Shown here: one piece after another, positions 26,786-36,579 of the stretch
Layout of the letters: each line of letters starts with the position of its first letter
Numbering within the stretch: the first letter of the stretch is position 1
Origin: Candidatus Sifarchaeum subterraneum
GTDB lineage: Archaea > Asgardarchaeota > Sifarchaeia > Sifarchaeales > Sifarchaeaceae
Direction: 5' to 3'
Length of the DNA: 36,767 bases
Assembly: GCA_016292335.1 (NCBI GenBank)
Contig: JAECRX010000053.1
Coordinates: 1 to 36,767, forward strand
The notes under the pieces: model-generated
What the model was told of the DNA's origin: nothing
Seen by the model: the letters and a program-made list of their open reading frames with translations, nothing else
The model's database searches: none
Position numbers and translations under genes: made by a program

Positions 26786-28417
26786 TTGACCTCTGAGTGT
26801 GACAGTAAAGTGACCGTACTTAATGATAAAGAACGTATCACTGTTACAAAAAGCCCAGCTCAATTTTTCAAAGAAAATAAAGCAATAGCTGGTTTCCAAA
26901 ATCCAGCAAAATCCTTATTCACTGCTATTCGAGAATTGGTAGAAAACGGGCTTGATGGTGCTGAAAGTATCAAAAATCCTCCTGATATTGAGGTTATATT
27001 AGAGGAGATCTCCCATGAGGAACTTTTTAGAATTTTAGGTGTTGATGATCTAGAGCAAATAAAAGAAGATAGTCATATTTTTGAAGGTACTAACTTTTTC
27101 AAGTTAACTGTGCGCGATAACGGTTCTGGAATGCCATACGAAGAGATCCCAGATCTCTTGGGGAGGGTCCTAACTGGCACTAAATTCAACATTAGACAGA
27201 ATAGAGGTCGTTTCGGTCTCGGAGCTAAGATGGTTCTAATCTACTCCCAAAGTAACGTAGGTTTGCCAATTCGCGTGAAAAGTTCTCAAATTTTGGATTC
27301 GGACGTTGGATATTACGATTTGATGATCGATCTTCAAAAGAATGAACCAGTAGTGTTAATGCAAAAATTAGAGCCAAAGAACGATGGCTGGCATGGAACC
27401 GAAGTTAGTGTTTATATAGAGGGGGATTGGATCAGAAGTAAAAATAAGGTTAAAAATTACTTCCAACAACTCGCCATCATCACACCGTATGCAAATCTTA
27501 CCTTACACACTCCTGACGGTGAAGAACTTCTTTTCGAAAAAACAACTGACGAAATACCACCCCCGCCCATGGAATCTCTGCTTCACCCTAAAGGAGCAGA
27601 TCTGGAATATCTTAAGCAATTGATTGAAACTACAAACACAAAAAAATTGAAATCCTTCCTTTCAACTCATTTTCAGCGTGTAGGTACTACTTCCGCCGAA
27701 AAATTTTGTGAATTCATTGGGATTGATAAAAATAAAAAACCTAAGCATCTTACAAATGATGAGAAACTCAGAATTGTTCACGGTTTCAAGAACTATAAAT
27801 TCTCGGCCCCAGATAGTTCGTGTCTTTCTCCTTTGGGCGAAGAAAAGCTTGAACAGGGTATCCGAAAGGAATTAGAACCTGAATTCGTCACCACGGTTAC
27901 AAGACCTCCTGAGTCCTATGAAGGTCATCCTTTCATTGTTGAAATTGGATTAGCATACGGGGGGAAAATAAAGCCAGGCATCTCTCTCTATCGGTTTGCC
28001 AACCGTATCCCTCTTATCTACGGAGAAGGAAACGATGTTAGTTCTCTTGCCATCAAGAATGATATCGAATGGGGTAGATACAACGTTAACCCCCAAATAG
28101 CAGTGGCCGTTTTTGTTTCCTTGATTTCTACGAAGATCCCCTTTCCTGAAACCTCCAAAGAGTATATCAGTGACGTTGATGAAATCCGAACTGAAATCAA
28201 ACTTGGGTTACAAGATTGTGCTAGAAAGCTGAAGGAATTTCTTTCAAAAAAATCTAGAGCAAAAAAGAAAGCAGAACGGGCTTCTTTATTGAAAGCTTAT
28301 GCTGAAAAATTTGCATCGAGTTTGTCTAATATTCTACAGTCTGATCCTTCCATTCCAAATAAACCGAACGCTGATGAAATTTTCAAACGAATGGTTGATG
28401 CAATTGACAGCGATTGA
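26786..28417 (+). CDS. top6B: DNA topoisomerase VI subunit B
   Basis: GHKL ATPase motifs (ELVENGLDG; VRDNGSGMP; GRFGLGAKM) and the transducer domain. Start is TTG 26786 or GTG 26810. Confidence 0.9.
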   Translation: MTSECDSKVTVLNDKERITVTKSPAQFFKENKAIAGFQNPAKSLFTAIRELVENGLDGAESIKNPPDIEVILEEISHEELFRILGVDDLEQIKEDSHIFEGTNFFKLTVRDNGSGMPYEEIPDLLGRVLTGTKFNIRQNRGRFGLGAKMVLIYSQSNVGLPIRVKSSQILDSDVGYYDLMIDLQKNEPVVLMQKLEPKNDGWHGTEVSVYIEGDWIRSKNKVKNYFQQLAIITPYANLTLHTPDGEELLFEKTTDEIPPPPMESLLHPKGADLEYLKQLIETTNTKKLKSFLSTHFQRVGTTSAEKFCEFIGIDKNKKPKHLTNDEKLRIVHGFKNYKFSAPDSSCLSPLGEEKLEQGIRKELEPEFVTTVTRPPESYEGHPFIVEIGLAYGGKIKPGISLYRFANRIPLIYGEGNDVSSLAIKNDIEWGRYNVNPQIAVAVFVSLISTKIPFPETSKEYISDVDEIRTEIKLGLQDCARKLKEFLSKKSRAKKKAERASLLKAYAEKFASSLSNILQSDPSIPNKPNADEIFKRMVDAIDSD

Positions 28418-28427
28418 GGTATGAAGA

Positions 28428-29693
28428 GTGTCGAAAAAAAGGCCAAAATCATCTAGAAAAAAAAAGATTGCAACTATTAATAATTACACCCTAAAAAAAA
28501 CTGAAAAAAAAGACCCTTCCTCTCCTAAAAAAAAGAAAATCATGTTAAAGAAAGTAGATCGGTTGAGGAAAATATTATTTAAAGATCGTCCAGAGAAAAT
28601 AGAAATACCTCCTGACGCAACTGTCGTGAATGATATTCCGACTGAAGAATTATACAAATTAATACAAGAAAAAGCGAGGGACATTTATGACCAAATATTA
28701 AAAACTGGAAAACCTGTAATCAAAACTCCGAAAAGAAGTGCAACAAATATTTTATGGGATGAAGAAACAGATCTGCTTTTTCTCGGAAGTGAGGAGGTCG
28801 AACGCAGATTTCATCATGCGACAAGTGCTAAAGAATTGACTGTAGAAATAAGAATGTTAGAATTAATTCATAGTCTTCTAGAAGCAAACCTTCATGCCAC
28901 AAAACGTGAATGTTTTTATATGGATGTAGACTTATTTAAAGAACAAAAAACTAGTGATAATGCCTTAGAAGAAGTAGCTGCTTATCTTGGATGCACTAGA
29001 AATTCAACACATGTGGTGGCAGCCGCAAAAGGTGCTGTGATTGGAAGAATCACTTTCAGAGAAGATGGAGATCTTATTGATTGTACAAGAATGGGAACCG
29101 GTGGAAAAGCGATTACCCCTTTACTTGGCAATATAACTGATATTGATAGCGATGGAGAATTCGTTTTAGTTATAGAAAAGGATGCTGCGTTCTTAAGACT
29201 TGCTGAGGAGCGTTGGTATAATAAATTCCCTTCCATCCTTGTGACCGCTAAAGGTGTCCCTGATGTTGCCACACGTATGTTTGTTCATCGCATTATTAAA
29301 GAACTGAGATTACCTGCATTTTCGCTGGTCGATAGTGATCCATGGGGTCATTATATTCACTCCATCTATCTAAGAGGTTCAAAACAACTCAGTCTCGAAA
29401 CACCATTTCTTGCAACCCCCGAACTAAGGTTGATTGGTGTTTTAAATCGAGATTTAGACACTTATGATATCCCAAAAAATGTGAGATTGAAAATGACTGA
29501 GCAAGATAGAAAACGTGCAAAACAAATGTTGAAAGAACCTTTTGTTCATAAAAATAAAAAATGGGCTAAAGATCTCCGCGACATGCTAAAAAGCGGAGAA
29601 AAAGCAGAAATTCAGAGTCTTGCTTCGCATAGTTTAACCTACTTAACTGAAACATATTTACCTCATAAACTAGAAACTGGTGACTGGATTTAA
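28428..29693 (+). CDS. top6A: DNA topoisomerase VI subunit A (Spo11 family)
   Basis: Catalytic-Tyr region (TKRECFYMD) and Toprim (VLVIEKDAAF; DSDPWG). GTG start 8 nt after GAGGT. Lys-rich ~45-aa N-terminal extension. Confidence 0.9.
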   Translation: MSKKRPKSSRKKKIATINNYTLKKTEKKDPSSPKKKKIMLKKVDRLRKILFKDRPEKIEIPPDATVVNDIPTEELYKLIQEKARDIYDQILKTGKPVIKTPKRSATNILWDEETDLLFLGSEEVERRFHHATSAKELTVEIRMLELIHSLLEANLHATKRECFYMDVDLFKEQKTSDNALEEVAAYLGCTRNSTHVVAAAKGAVIGRITFREDGDLIDCTRMGTGGKAITPLLGNITDIDSDGEFVLVIEKDAAFLRLAEERWYNKFPSILVTAKGVPDVATRMFVHRIIKELRLPAFSLVDSDPWGHYIHSIYLRGSKQLSLETPFLATPELRLIGVLNRDLDTYDIPKNVRLKMTEQDRKRAKQMLKEPFVHKNKKWAKDLRDMLKSGEKAEIQSLASHSLTYLTETYLPHKLETGDWI

Positions 29694-29775
29694 TTGATTT
29701 AAATTCAACATTCCTATGAATTTTTTTTCCTTCTTCTATGATTCCCAATGGATTTCTGTTTGATTACTTTATTGA

Positions 29776-30093
29776 TCAAAAACTTATCAGTCCTCTTCTC
29801 TTCAATTGTTCAGCTTGGCCACGTGCATATCGCCAGATCACGTCGCCTCTTGTTTCGAACTGAAAATCCCAGGGTGAAACTAAGACTACATCGCCTTCTC
29901 TAATCCATACTCTCTTCCGTATTCTTCCTGGAATTCTACATAAGCGGGTATATCCATCAACACATTTTACCCTAAGTCTATCATGTCCGAGTAATTGAAT
30001 CACTATCCCAAGTACTTCCCCTTCCACAGGTAATCTCGGTTTCCTTGCTTCTGTTGCCAATTTCTCGGCTGCTCTTCCCTTTTTTTTCCGCAA
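29776..30093 (-). CDS. eif1a: Translation initiation factor aIF1A
   Basis: S1-like OB fold: GEVLGIVIQLLGHDRLRVKCVDGYTRLCRIPGRIRKRVWIREGDVVLVSPWDFQ...GDVIWRY. TTG start with GGAG 12 nt upstream. Confidence 0.9.
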   Translation of the reverse strand: MRKKKGRAAEKLATEARKPRLPVEGEVLGIVIQLLGHDRLRVKCVDGYTRLCRIPGRIRKRVWIREGDVVLVSPWDFQFETRGDVIWRYARGQAEQLKRRGLISF

Positions 30094-30107
30094 AAATTTT
30101 TCAACTC

Positions 30108-31253
30108 CTATTTCGATTGAACGCCTTCAGAATCATTTGTTTGAATGAGGTAAATGTTGTTTTTAATTTCAACACCTTTAACTTGCAAACCTTCTTTAAG
30201 TGTATCTGTTGACAATTGTTTTGTGTATATTTCTTTTACTTCAAAGTTTTCCATATCTAGTAGTTGTATTGAATTATAAGTTCTTGAAAGAATCATGAAA
30301 TCTTTAAAACTTGACTTCTCGGCTATTACGTCAATTTGAAAATTCCAAAGTTCTTTTATTGGTATTGAAATATGTTCGAGGTTATCCAATTTTATACCCA
30401 AAAATTTTCCTCTCTCAACGCCAGTTATTTGAATAGGATCTTGTTTTTCTATTGAGATAATATCTCCAATTTTAAAAATAGGCAGCCTAAGTGAAATAGT
30501 GGTTTGATAAACTGTTTTTCCACTACTTTTGTCCACACCAGATTTCTTATATGATTTTTTCATTGAAAATCCCATCTGATCTCTTAGGGTAGATGCAATC
30601 AGATTTGCAGCACTTGTTGAACCCAAGTATATGTCGAATCCTCCTTTATTTTTCTCTATCTTTGAAATATAGGCCATTCTATCAATTTTTATTTGTTTTT
30701 GTAAGATCTGGCATACAGTTTCGATTATTTCATTTTGTTCTTCAGGCGTTATATTTGTTTTTTTTGTACGGAATTGTAAAATTGCTTTGTAATACCTTCT
30801 TTTTATCTTATCACAACGAAAACAAATTATGCGTTCTATTTTTACTTCTACTTCTTGTTCTTCAAAATAAGAAGGTAGCCTTGGATCAACTCTTCCAAAA
30901 CCTCTGATTTTAACTGGAATTTTTCTTTTTTCTAAAAAATCATCAAAATTAGTAGGCAATAGTGGTTGTATGTCCAAATTGATGTCAGAATTTGTCTTTA
31001 TTTTACCTGAAGAAAAATAATCGGATAAAGCTTCTCTTATAGTCTTATGAAAATTCTTTTCAAGATTATAATATTTTTTTTCAGAAAAAATTTCGTTACA
31101 ATTCAAACAAACTTTAATAGAAAAAGGTTCTGTAGATATTTCAAAGAGTTTTCTTTCTTTCTTAATACAGTCTTCACAAAATCCGTCAACAATAATTTTT
31201 TCTATTTCTGTTTTTCCACACAGTATACAAAATTTTTTGCCTTTTCTCTCCAT
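30108..31253 (-). CDS. nmd3: NMD3-family 60S/50S subunit biogenesis-export adaptor homologue
   Basis: N-terminal CxxC clusters (CILCGK...CEDC...CLNC; ...CFRCDK) and the NMD3 family length. ATG 31253 is preceded by AGGAG. Confidence 0.8.
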   Translation of the reverse strand: MERKGKKFCILCGKTEIEKIIVDGFCEDCIKKERKLFEISTEPFSIKVCLNCNEIFSEKKYYNLEKNFHKTIREALSDYFSSGKIKTNSDINLDIQPLLPTNFDDFLEKRKIPVKIRGFGRVDPRLPSYFEEQEVEVKIERIICFRCDKIKRRYYKAILQFRTKKTNITPEEQNEIIETVCQILQKQIKIDRMAYISKIEKNKGGFDIYLGSTSAANLIASTLRDQMGFSMKKSYKKSGVDKSSGKTVYQTTISLRLPIFKIGDIISIEKQDPIQITGVERGKFLGIKLDNLEHISIPIKELWNFQIDVIAEKSSFKDFMILSRTYNSIQLLDMENFEVKEIYTKQLSTDTLKEGLQVKGVEIKNNIYLIQTNDSEGVQSK

Positions 31254-31269
31254 AAAATGGACTCCTGCA

Positions 31270-31566
31270 TCAAAAACGCACCAGTTGGACGTGTGAAATT
31301 CCATTTATCTTAATAACACCATCTCTATGTACCAAACCTATTTCAATGAGTTTATCAATTATTCTATTTCCAACTAAATTAACGATTGTAGCATTTTCAA
31401 TTTCTATAATACTCTCCTCTACTGAAACAAGCTCACCTTTATAAAAAGATTCTTTAACTTCTATTTTTATTTTTCCTTCTCGAAATGTTTGGCCCAGAAT
31501 TTCTTTGTCGCATACTGCACAAATTCTCTGGTTCTGATGTTCCATTACTCTAAGGTAAACATTCAA
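31270..31566 (-). CDS. DUF424-like small archaeal protein
   Basis: N-terminal ...RICAVCDKEILGQTF.EGKIKIEV.ESFYKGE, then ...NLVGNRII..., then ...INGISHVQ, resembles DUF424 as I recall it. TTG start 6 nt after GGAGG. Confidence 0.55.
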   Translation of the reverse strand: MNVYLRVMEHQNQRICAVCDKEILGQTFREGKIKIEVKESFYKGELVSVEESIIEIENATIVNLVGNRIIDKLIEIGLVHRDGVIKINGISHVQLVRF

Positions 31567-31577
31567 AGGAGAGCCTC

Positions 31578-31997
31578 CTATAGTGGTTTAAGTGAAGCTC
31601 TAGCCCCGCAGGCTTCACACTCCAAAAAGAAAAACCTGTCTTCCTTTTTTATTTTAGTATCTGGTTTTTTGCATTCCGGACAGAGAACATACATTTCTGT
31701 ATATCTTTTAATAAGAGTATTCATTGCGCTCTCAGAGAAGCGTCCTTGGAATATAATTCTGCCTGTAGTTTCTTCAATTGTTCCAGCAGTAGCGAGTTCA
31801 CGCGATAAAAACTTGCTTAGGTGTTCTGGTTTTCTGTTTAATGTTGAGTTGATATCTTTGAAATTTTGTATGATTGTCCGGTTTCCTTCAGTAAATGAAA
31901 GTACTTTTGGAATTTTAAATCTTGTAGATTCGAAAACTTCAGGTGGGATTTTTGCTCTTGCCCTTTCTAGTAATTCCTCATATTCATATTTTTCCAT
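31578..31997 (-). CDS. eif2b: Translation initiation factor aIF2 beta subunit
   Basis: YEELLERA...RF.IPK......GNRTII.NF..I...L.R...HL.KFL..ELAT.G, plus the C-terminal zinc ribbon CPECKKPDT...CEACG. Confidence 0.92.
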   Translation of the reverse strand: MEKYEYEELLERARAKIPPEVFESTRFKIPKVLSFTEGNRTIIQNFKDINSTLNRKPEHLSKFLSRELATAGTIEETTGRIIFQGRFSESAMNTLIKRYTEMYVLCPECKKPDTKIKKEDRFFFLECEACGARASLKPL

Positions 31998-31999
31998 AG

Positions 32000-32656
32000 T
32001 TATTCACCATCAGAATTATTTGTTAAGCTGTAAAAACCCGATTTTGGTTCATAGATGTTGCCTTCATGAAGTAACTCTATCACTGCAGAAAAAACTTCTT
32101 CCTCTTTTAAATTCTTTGCCTTTTTAATTATTTCTGAAAAATGTGTTCCAGATCCTTCGTCAAGTTCTCTAATAAGATGTAAAACTATGTTCTTAGCCTC
32201 TGAAATATCTTCTTCTTTTTCGACTGTATAATTTGCAGAATTAGTTTCCAGAGTCCTCATTTTTAACAATTCCAATTCACGAAGTAGCCACCAGTTACTA
32301 TCTCTACCCTTTATTACAATTTCTGGAACAATATATATCTCCTCTTCATATTCTCTAATCCTTCCTACAATATCTGCAAAATCACCCGTCTTGACGTCTT
32401 CAACTAATTTTATAGCTTTTTTCCAGGTTTTTACTCTAATTGTTTCGGTTCCATCGTCAATAGTTAAAGAGACATAATCTCCCGTTTCGCTTTCAAATTT
32501 ATTGACAACTATTCCAAATAAACGTGCTCTAATGGCTTCTATTCCTTGGGTAGTTTTCAAAAATTTACCAAAATCTGTGCTAATTATCTCTCCATTGACA
32601 ATATCAGATATGTAAACCTTATATGCTGTAGCTATTTTCGGAAATCCTTTTTTCAT
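32000..32656 (-). CDS. OB-fold protein with C-terminal winged helix (RPA32/Stn1-like architecture)
   Basis: OB-like core RARLFGIVVNKFESETGDYVSLTIDDGTETIRVKTWKK...FADIVGRIREYEEEIYIVPE. C-terminal wH-like IVLHLIRELDEGSGTHFSEIIKKAKNLKEEEVFSAVIELLHEGNIYEPKSGFYSL. The stop lies 2 nt from the aIF2-beta ATG. Confidence 0.5.
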   Translation of the reverse strand: MKKGFPKIATAYKVYISDIVNGEIISTDFGKFLKTTQGIEAIRARLFGIVVNKFESETGDYVSLTIDDGTETIRVKTWKKAIKLVEDVKTGDFADIVGRIREYEEEIYIVPEIVIKGRDSNWWLLRELELLKMRTLETNSANYTVEKEEDISEAKNIVLHLIRELDEGSGTHFSEIIKKAKNLKEEEVFSAVIELLHEGNIYEPKSGFYSLTNNSDGE

Positions 32657-32998
32657 CTGAAACCTCCTAACAACGGGGTTACTGGTTTTGGCGGTTTAGA
32701 ATTTTGGTGCATTTAATGTATATTTAGCTGTGATTTATATTAAACTCCGTTGAATCTACAGAGTATTCTCTATTGTCAGTGACCCTTGCAAATAATAAAA
32801 TCAATTTTTCTCTAATTTATTGTATCTGGAATCACTTTTAAAATCATCTTAATCTTTAATCAAAAAAATAATGTCTTTTTATTGGTGATGTAAGATACCA
32901 GAACATATTTGGAATATTTGAATTCATTATCATCCTAACGGCCTCTGTTTTGTTTCCATAGACTGATAAAATTGTTACAGAAAAAAAAAATTGAGTGA

Positions 32999-33817
32999 AT
33001 GAAGATGAAACTTTTCTCAGTAATTGGAGGATCCGGATTTTATGACTTTTTAGAAGATACAACCAAAAAGAAAGTTTCAACACCTTTTGGGAATATTCAA
33101 GTTGAAATTGGCCAACTTGGGGATAGAACAATAATTTTCCTACCAAGACACGGTAAAGGCCACAAAATTCCTCCGCACATGATAAACTACCGTGCTAATA
33201 TTTATGGTCTCAAGAAGCTTGGTGTTACCCGAATTATTGCCACTAATGCATGTGGTTCGCTTAATCCAGATATTGGCGTTGGTGATTTCATAATTCCCCA
33301 TGATTTCATAGACTGGAGAAAAAACAGAGTTTCTACTTTTTTTGACGGGAAAACGACTCTAGAAATAGATGGAAAGACAGTCGGAGGGGTTGTGCACATT
33401 AGTATGACACCATCCCCTTATTGCCCAACATTAAGAAAAGTTCTCATCGATTCTGCAAAGGAATTGCAAACAAAACACCATCAGAAGGGTGTTTATATTT
33501 GTGTAGATGGCCCCCGATTTGAATCAGCTGCAGAAATAAATGCATTTAGGCTCTTGGGGGCAAATATTGTTGGAATGACCGGATTACCAGAACTTGCTTT
33601 AGCTAGAGAATTAGCAATATGCTATTCTACTGTTTGCATTTCAACGAATATTGCGGCTGGCATTATACCTGAGCTAAAAATTACCTCAGAAGAAGTGATA
33701 GAAATTTTTGGAAAAAGAATCGATATTGTAAAAGATTTATTGGTAAAAGCCTTAGAAAAGATCCCAGAAGAAAGAAACTGTTTATGTAAGGATGCTTTGA
33801 AAGGTGCTACAAGCTAA
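32999..33817 (+). CDS. mtnP: S-methyl-5'-thioadenosine phosphorylase
   Basis: VIGGSG...FLPRHGKGHKIPPHMINYRANIYGLKKLGVTRIIATNACGSL...GPRFESAAEI...GANIVGMTGLPE: PNP family 2 / MTAP signature. Confidence 0.9.
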   Translation: MKMKLFSVIGGSGFYDFLEDTTKKKVSTPFGNIQVEIGQLGDRTIIFLPRHGKGHKIPPHMINYRANIYGLKKLGVTRIIATNACGSLNPDIGVGDFIIPHDFIDWRKNRVSTFFDGKTTLEIDGKTVGGVVHISMTPSPYCPTLRKVLIDSAKELQTKHHQKGVYICVDGPRFESAAEINAFRLLGANIVGMTGLPELALARELAICYSTVCISTNIAAGIIPELKITSEEVIEIFGKRIDIVKDLLVKALEKIPEERNCLCKDALKGATS

Positions 33818-33832
33818 TGTTTATTGTTGAAA

Positions 33833-35428
33833 TCAAGAAACGACACCAATACCTCTTGTTGCCCCTTCTCGGAAAATCAATTTTTGCCCTGATGAAATAA
33901 TTTCAGGTCTATATAGAAATCTAAAGGTGACATCTGCTTTTTCACCACTTCGTAATGGCTCTTCAGACATTTCGATGATTTCTGCACTTTGTCTAACTGT
34001 TTGAATATGAATCAAAGGTTGATATCCTCTTCTTATTGTGGTTGGATGATGGAGTACGAGGATATGAGCTTTGAAAACTCGCTTCACTTTTTCTTCAATT
34101 TTGGGCCAATCATTTGTCAGAACCATGCCTTTTCGAATTTCATCATGTTTGATTTGGTGTAATGCGAAAGTGCAACTTTGCCCAGCGTGTACTGCTTGAA
34201 CTGGAACCCTTTTGTAATGAATAGATCGAATGCGAGTAGGTCTGAACTCGCCATTATCGAAAGGTCCTATCCTTATTACGTCATTTATTTTTGCATTTCC
34301 TTGTAATATTGTTCCTGAAACGATGGTGCCGATTCCTTTTACGTTGAAAATTTCATCCACATACATTAAAAATCTCTGATTGACTTTGTCCTTCCAATTC
34401 GTTCTCTTCGGCAAGAGATTCAAAAAGTGTTTTAAAAGTTCTATCCCTTTTCCAGTGACGTTCGAAATTAAAAATATGGGTACTATTCTCGCACTTTGGA
34501 TGTATCTGACTGAAACTACAACATCGTCCAAATTTCTTATGATAACTGGAATTTTGGATACGCCTGGCATTTTAAGAATATGTTGAATCTCATTCAGCGT
34601 GTTATTAGTGATTTCTTCTGGTACTAAGTCGATCTTAGTTAAGACCACAAAGATTGGAAGTCGAAGAGCAAAAGACAGACCCATATGTTCTCTAGTCGTA
34701 CCTTTTACACCTGCATTCGCAGGTACGAAACACATTACGTAATCATGTGGCCAGCTTGTCAGTCCGAAGATTGTTGTTTTTAAGTATTTTTCATGTCCAG
34801 CTAAATCAATAAAAGAAATTATTTTGGCACTTTGGTTAATGATCTCAATATTGGATCTTGGAAGCTCGTTGTGATAATTGGTAATGCGACCGATTGCATC
34901 AAAACCTAAAATTTTGTTTGATATAGATGATGTGCGTCCAGATTTGAATTCATGTAAATGACGGAAGACTTTTGCCCTTGACTTTCCTCTACCGTCATCT
35001 AATTCATCGGAAATTACCACACCAATAAATGTAGATTTTCCACTATCTACATTGCCCACCAATGCCACATTTATATTTATTGGAAAATCCACTTCGTAGG
35101 GCTTTCTACGAATAAGAATTTCGGCGATTTTTCCCTTCCTTCCTGTAAAGAGCCTCATCACAGAACATTTTGCATTAACTAGCTCGGCTATTTTTTCTAA
35201 AGAGACCAAACTTTCATTTAGATCCCGTTCATTCAAACCTAACGGCTCGCCATCGTCTGTTACACCTAACTCGTAAATTGCTTCTCCATAGGTTTCTTCG
35301 TTTAGCCGATAGTGTAATTGAGTTGCAAGTTCTTCAATTCGCTTTTGGTTCAAATTGGTGAGTTTTATCTTGAATTCTGTGCTTCCAAACGGTTTTTCCT
35401 TTTCAAAAAGGGGAGAAGAATCACGCAT
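33833..35428 (-). CDS. GTPBP1-like translational GTPase (EF-1alpha/SelB superfamily)
   Basis: G1 GNVDSGKST, G3 DLAGHEKY, G4 TKIDL, plus beta-barrel domains II and III. An N-terminal ~110-aa extension with YELGVTDDGEPLGL resembles the GTPBP1/2 N-domain. Confidence 0.75.
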   Translation of the reverse strand: MRDSSPLFEKEKPFGSTEFKIKLTNLNQKRIEELATQLHYRLNEETYGEAIYELGVTDDGEPLGLNERDLNESLVSLEKIAELVNAKCSVMRLFTGRKGKIAEILIRRKPYEVDFPININVALVGNVDSGKSTFIGVVISDELDDGRGKSRAKVFRHLHEFKSGRTSSISNKILGFDAIGRITNYHNELPRSNIEIINQSAKIISFIDLAGHEKYLKTTIFGLTSWPHDYVMCFVPANAGVKGTTREHMGLSFALRLPIFVVLTKIDLVPEEITNNTLNEIQHILKMPGVSKIPVIIRNLDDVVVSVRYIQSARIVPIFLISNVTGKGIELLKHFLNLLPKRTNWKDKVNQRFLMYVDEIFNVKGIGTIVSGTILQGNAKINDVIRIGPFDNGEFRPTRIRSIHYKRVPVQAVHAGQSCTFALHQIKHDEIRKGMVLTNDWPKIEEKVKRVFKAHILVLHHPTTIRRGYQPLIHIQTVRQSAEIIEMSEEPLRSGEKADVTFRFLYRPEIISSGQKLIFREGATRGIGVVS

Positions 35429-35493
35429 GATTTATCACGGTGAATTTCTGGTCAGTTTTATGACGAATATGAATTCAATTACATTCTCAAATT

Positions 35494-36432
35494 CTATTGA
35501 AGGTATAAGTTTTCATATTTTCTTTCTTGTAAAACAACGGTTGTGTATGTATCTATAATACCCTTTATTTCATATAACTTTAGTATGAACTTGTTATACT
35601 CGTATATACTACTTGTTCTTACGATAGCCAACATTCCATATTCTTCACCAGTTCTGTAAAGTCCGAAAATTTCCTTTTTCTCCAATAACTTTTCAATGTT
35701 ATCTAAAAGTTCAGATTTTATTCGAGTATAAAATTTTGCTGGTAATCCTAGTTTCTTGTAATCAATAAGAATAGTGAATTTTTTAATTATCCCTGATTGT
35801 TCTAAATTTTTGATTCGTTTGTAGACGGTGGGTTGTGACAACCCTATTCTTTCTCCAATCATTGAGTAGGTAATTGGAGAAATGTTATTTTTGTCCTTCC
35901 ATTGATTTTGGAGAATTGTTAATATCTTCAAATCCTTTTTATCAAGATTAATTTTTGAGTAATTCTCTTTTGTTCGTATATTTGTGCCAAATTCCTTGTA
36001 AGTTAGGATAACATTGACTACTCGAAATTTTTTAGATGAAGTTTTTGCGACTAACCTGTCTATCTTTTCAAGAGTGTTGTTGAAGTGCTCATTATTGGTG
36101 AAACGAAATCTCCCAATGAGTGAATATTCTCCAGTAATTCCGTCTAGTATTTCACAGTTTTCAAAGGCCTCTAAGGATCTTGCTAGCCATGGTTCATGGG
36201 GATTAGTTTTAAACTCAAAAAACACAGGTTGCGAATATTGAATTCTTTCTGTATCAATAATAATTGTATAACTTTTGATTATCCCTTCTTTGAAAAGTTT
36301 TCTAATTATTTTTTTCACGGCGAATCTATTAAATTCCTTGATTTTTCTCGCGATACTTGTTTGTGGAGTTCTGTAATCCTTTGAAAGAATTTCTAAAATT
36401 TTTCTCTCTTGGTGGTTAATCAAAAAATTCAC
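35494..36432 (-). CDS. Tandem (duplicated) Lrp/AsnC-family transcriptional regulator
   Basis: Two HTH_AsnC-like modules (ERKILEILSKDYRTPQTSIARKI...; DLKILTILQNQ...YSMIGERIGLSQPTVYKRIKNLEQSGIIKKFTILIDYKKLG), each followed by a RAM/ACT-like alpha-beta segment. GTG start. Confidence 0.7.
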   Translation of the reverse strand: MNFLINHQERKILEILSKDYRTPQTSIARKIKEFNRFAVKKIIRKLFKEGIIKSYTIIIDTERIQYSQPVFFEFKTNPHEPWLARSLEAFENCEILDGITGEYSLIGRFRFTNNEHFNNTLEKIDRLVAKTSSKKFRVVNVILTYKEFGTNIRTKENYSKINLDKKDLKILTILQNQWKDKNNISPITYSMIGERIGLSQPTVYKRIKNLEQSGIIKKFTILIDYKKLGLPAKFYTRIKSELLDNIEKLLEKKEIFGLYRTGEEYGMLAIVRTSSIYEYNKFILKLYEIKGIIDTYTTVVLQERKYENLYLQ

Positions 36433-36579
36433 TTCAAATTGATGTAGTGATAAAATGATAAATGATTTTTATATTAATTGTTCAATTTATTCTTAAAACA
36501 AATATTATATAAATATTTTGAGATAAACATCTTTTGATTTCGAACTTATTTGAATGACTTTATGGAGGGATGTAAAGTA

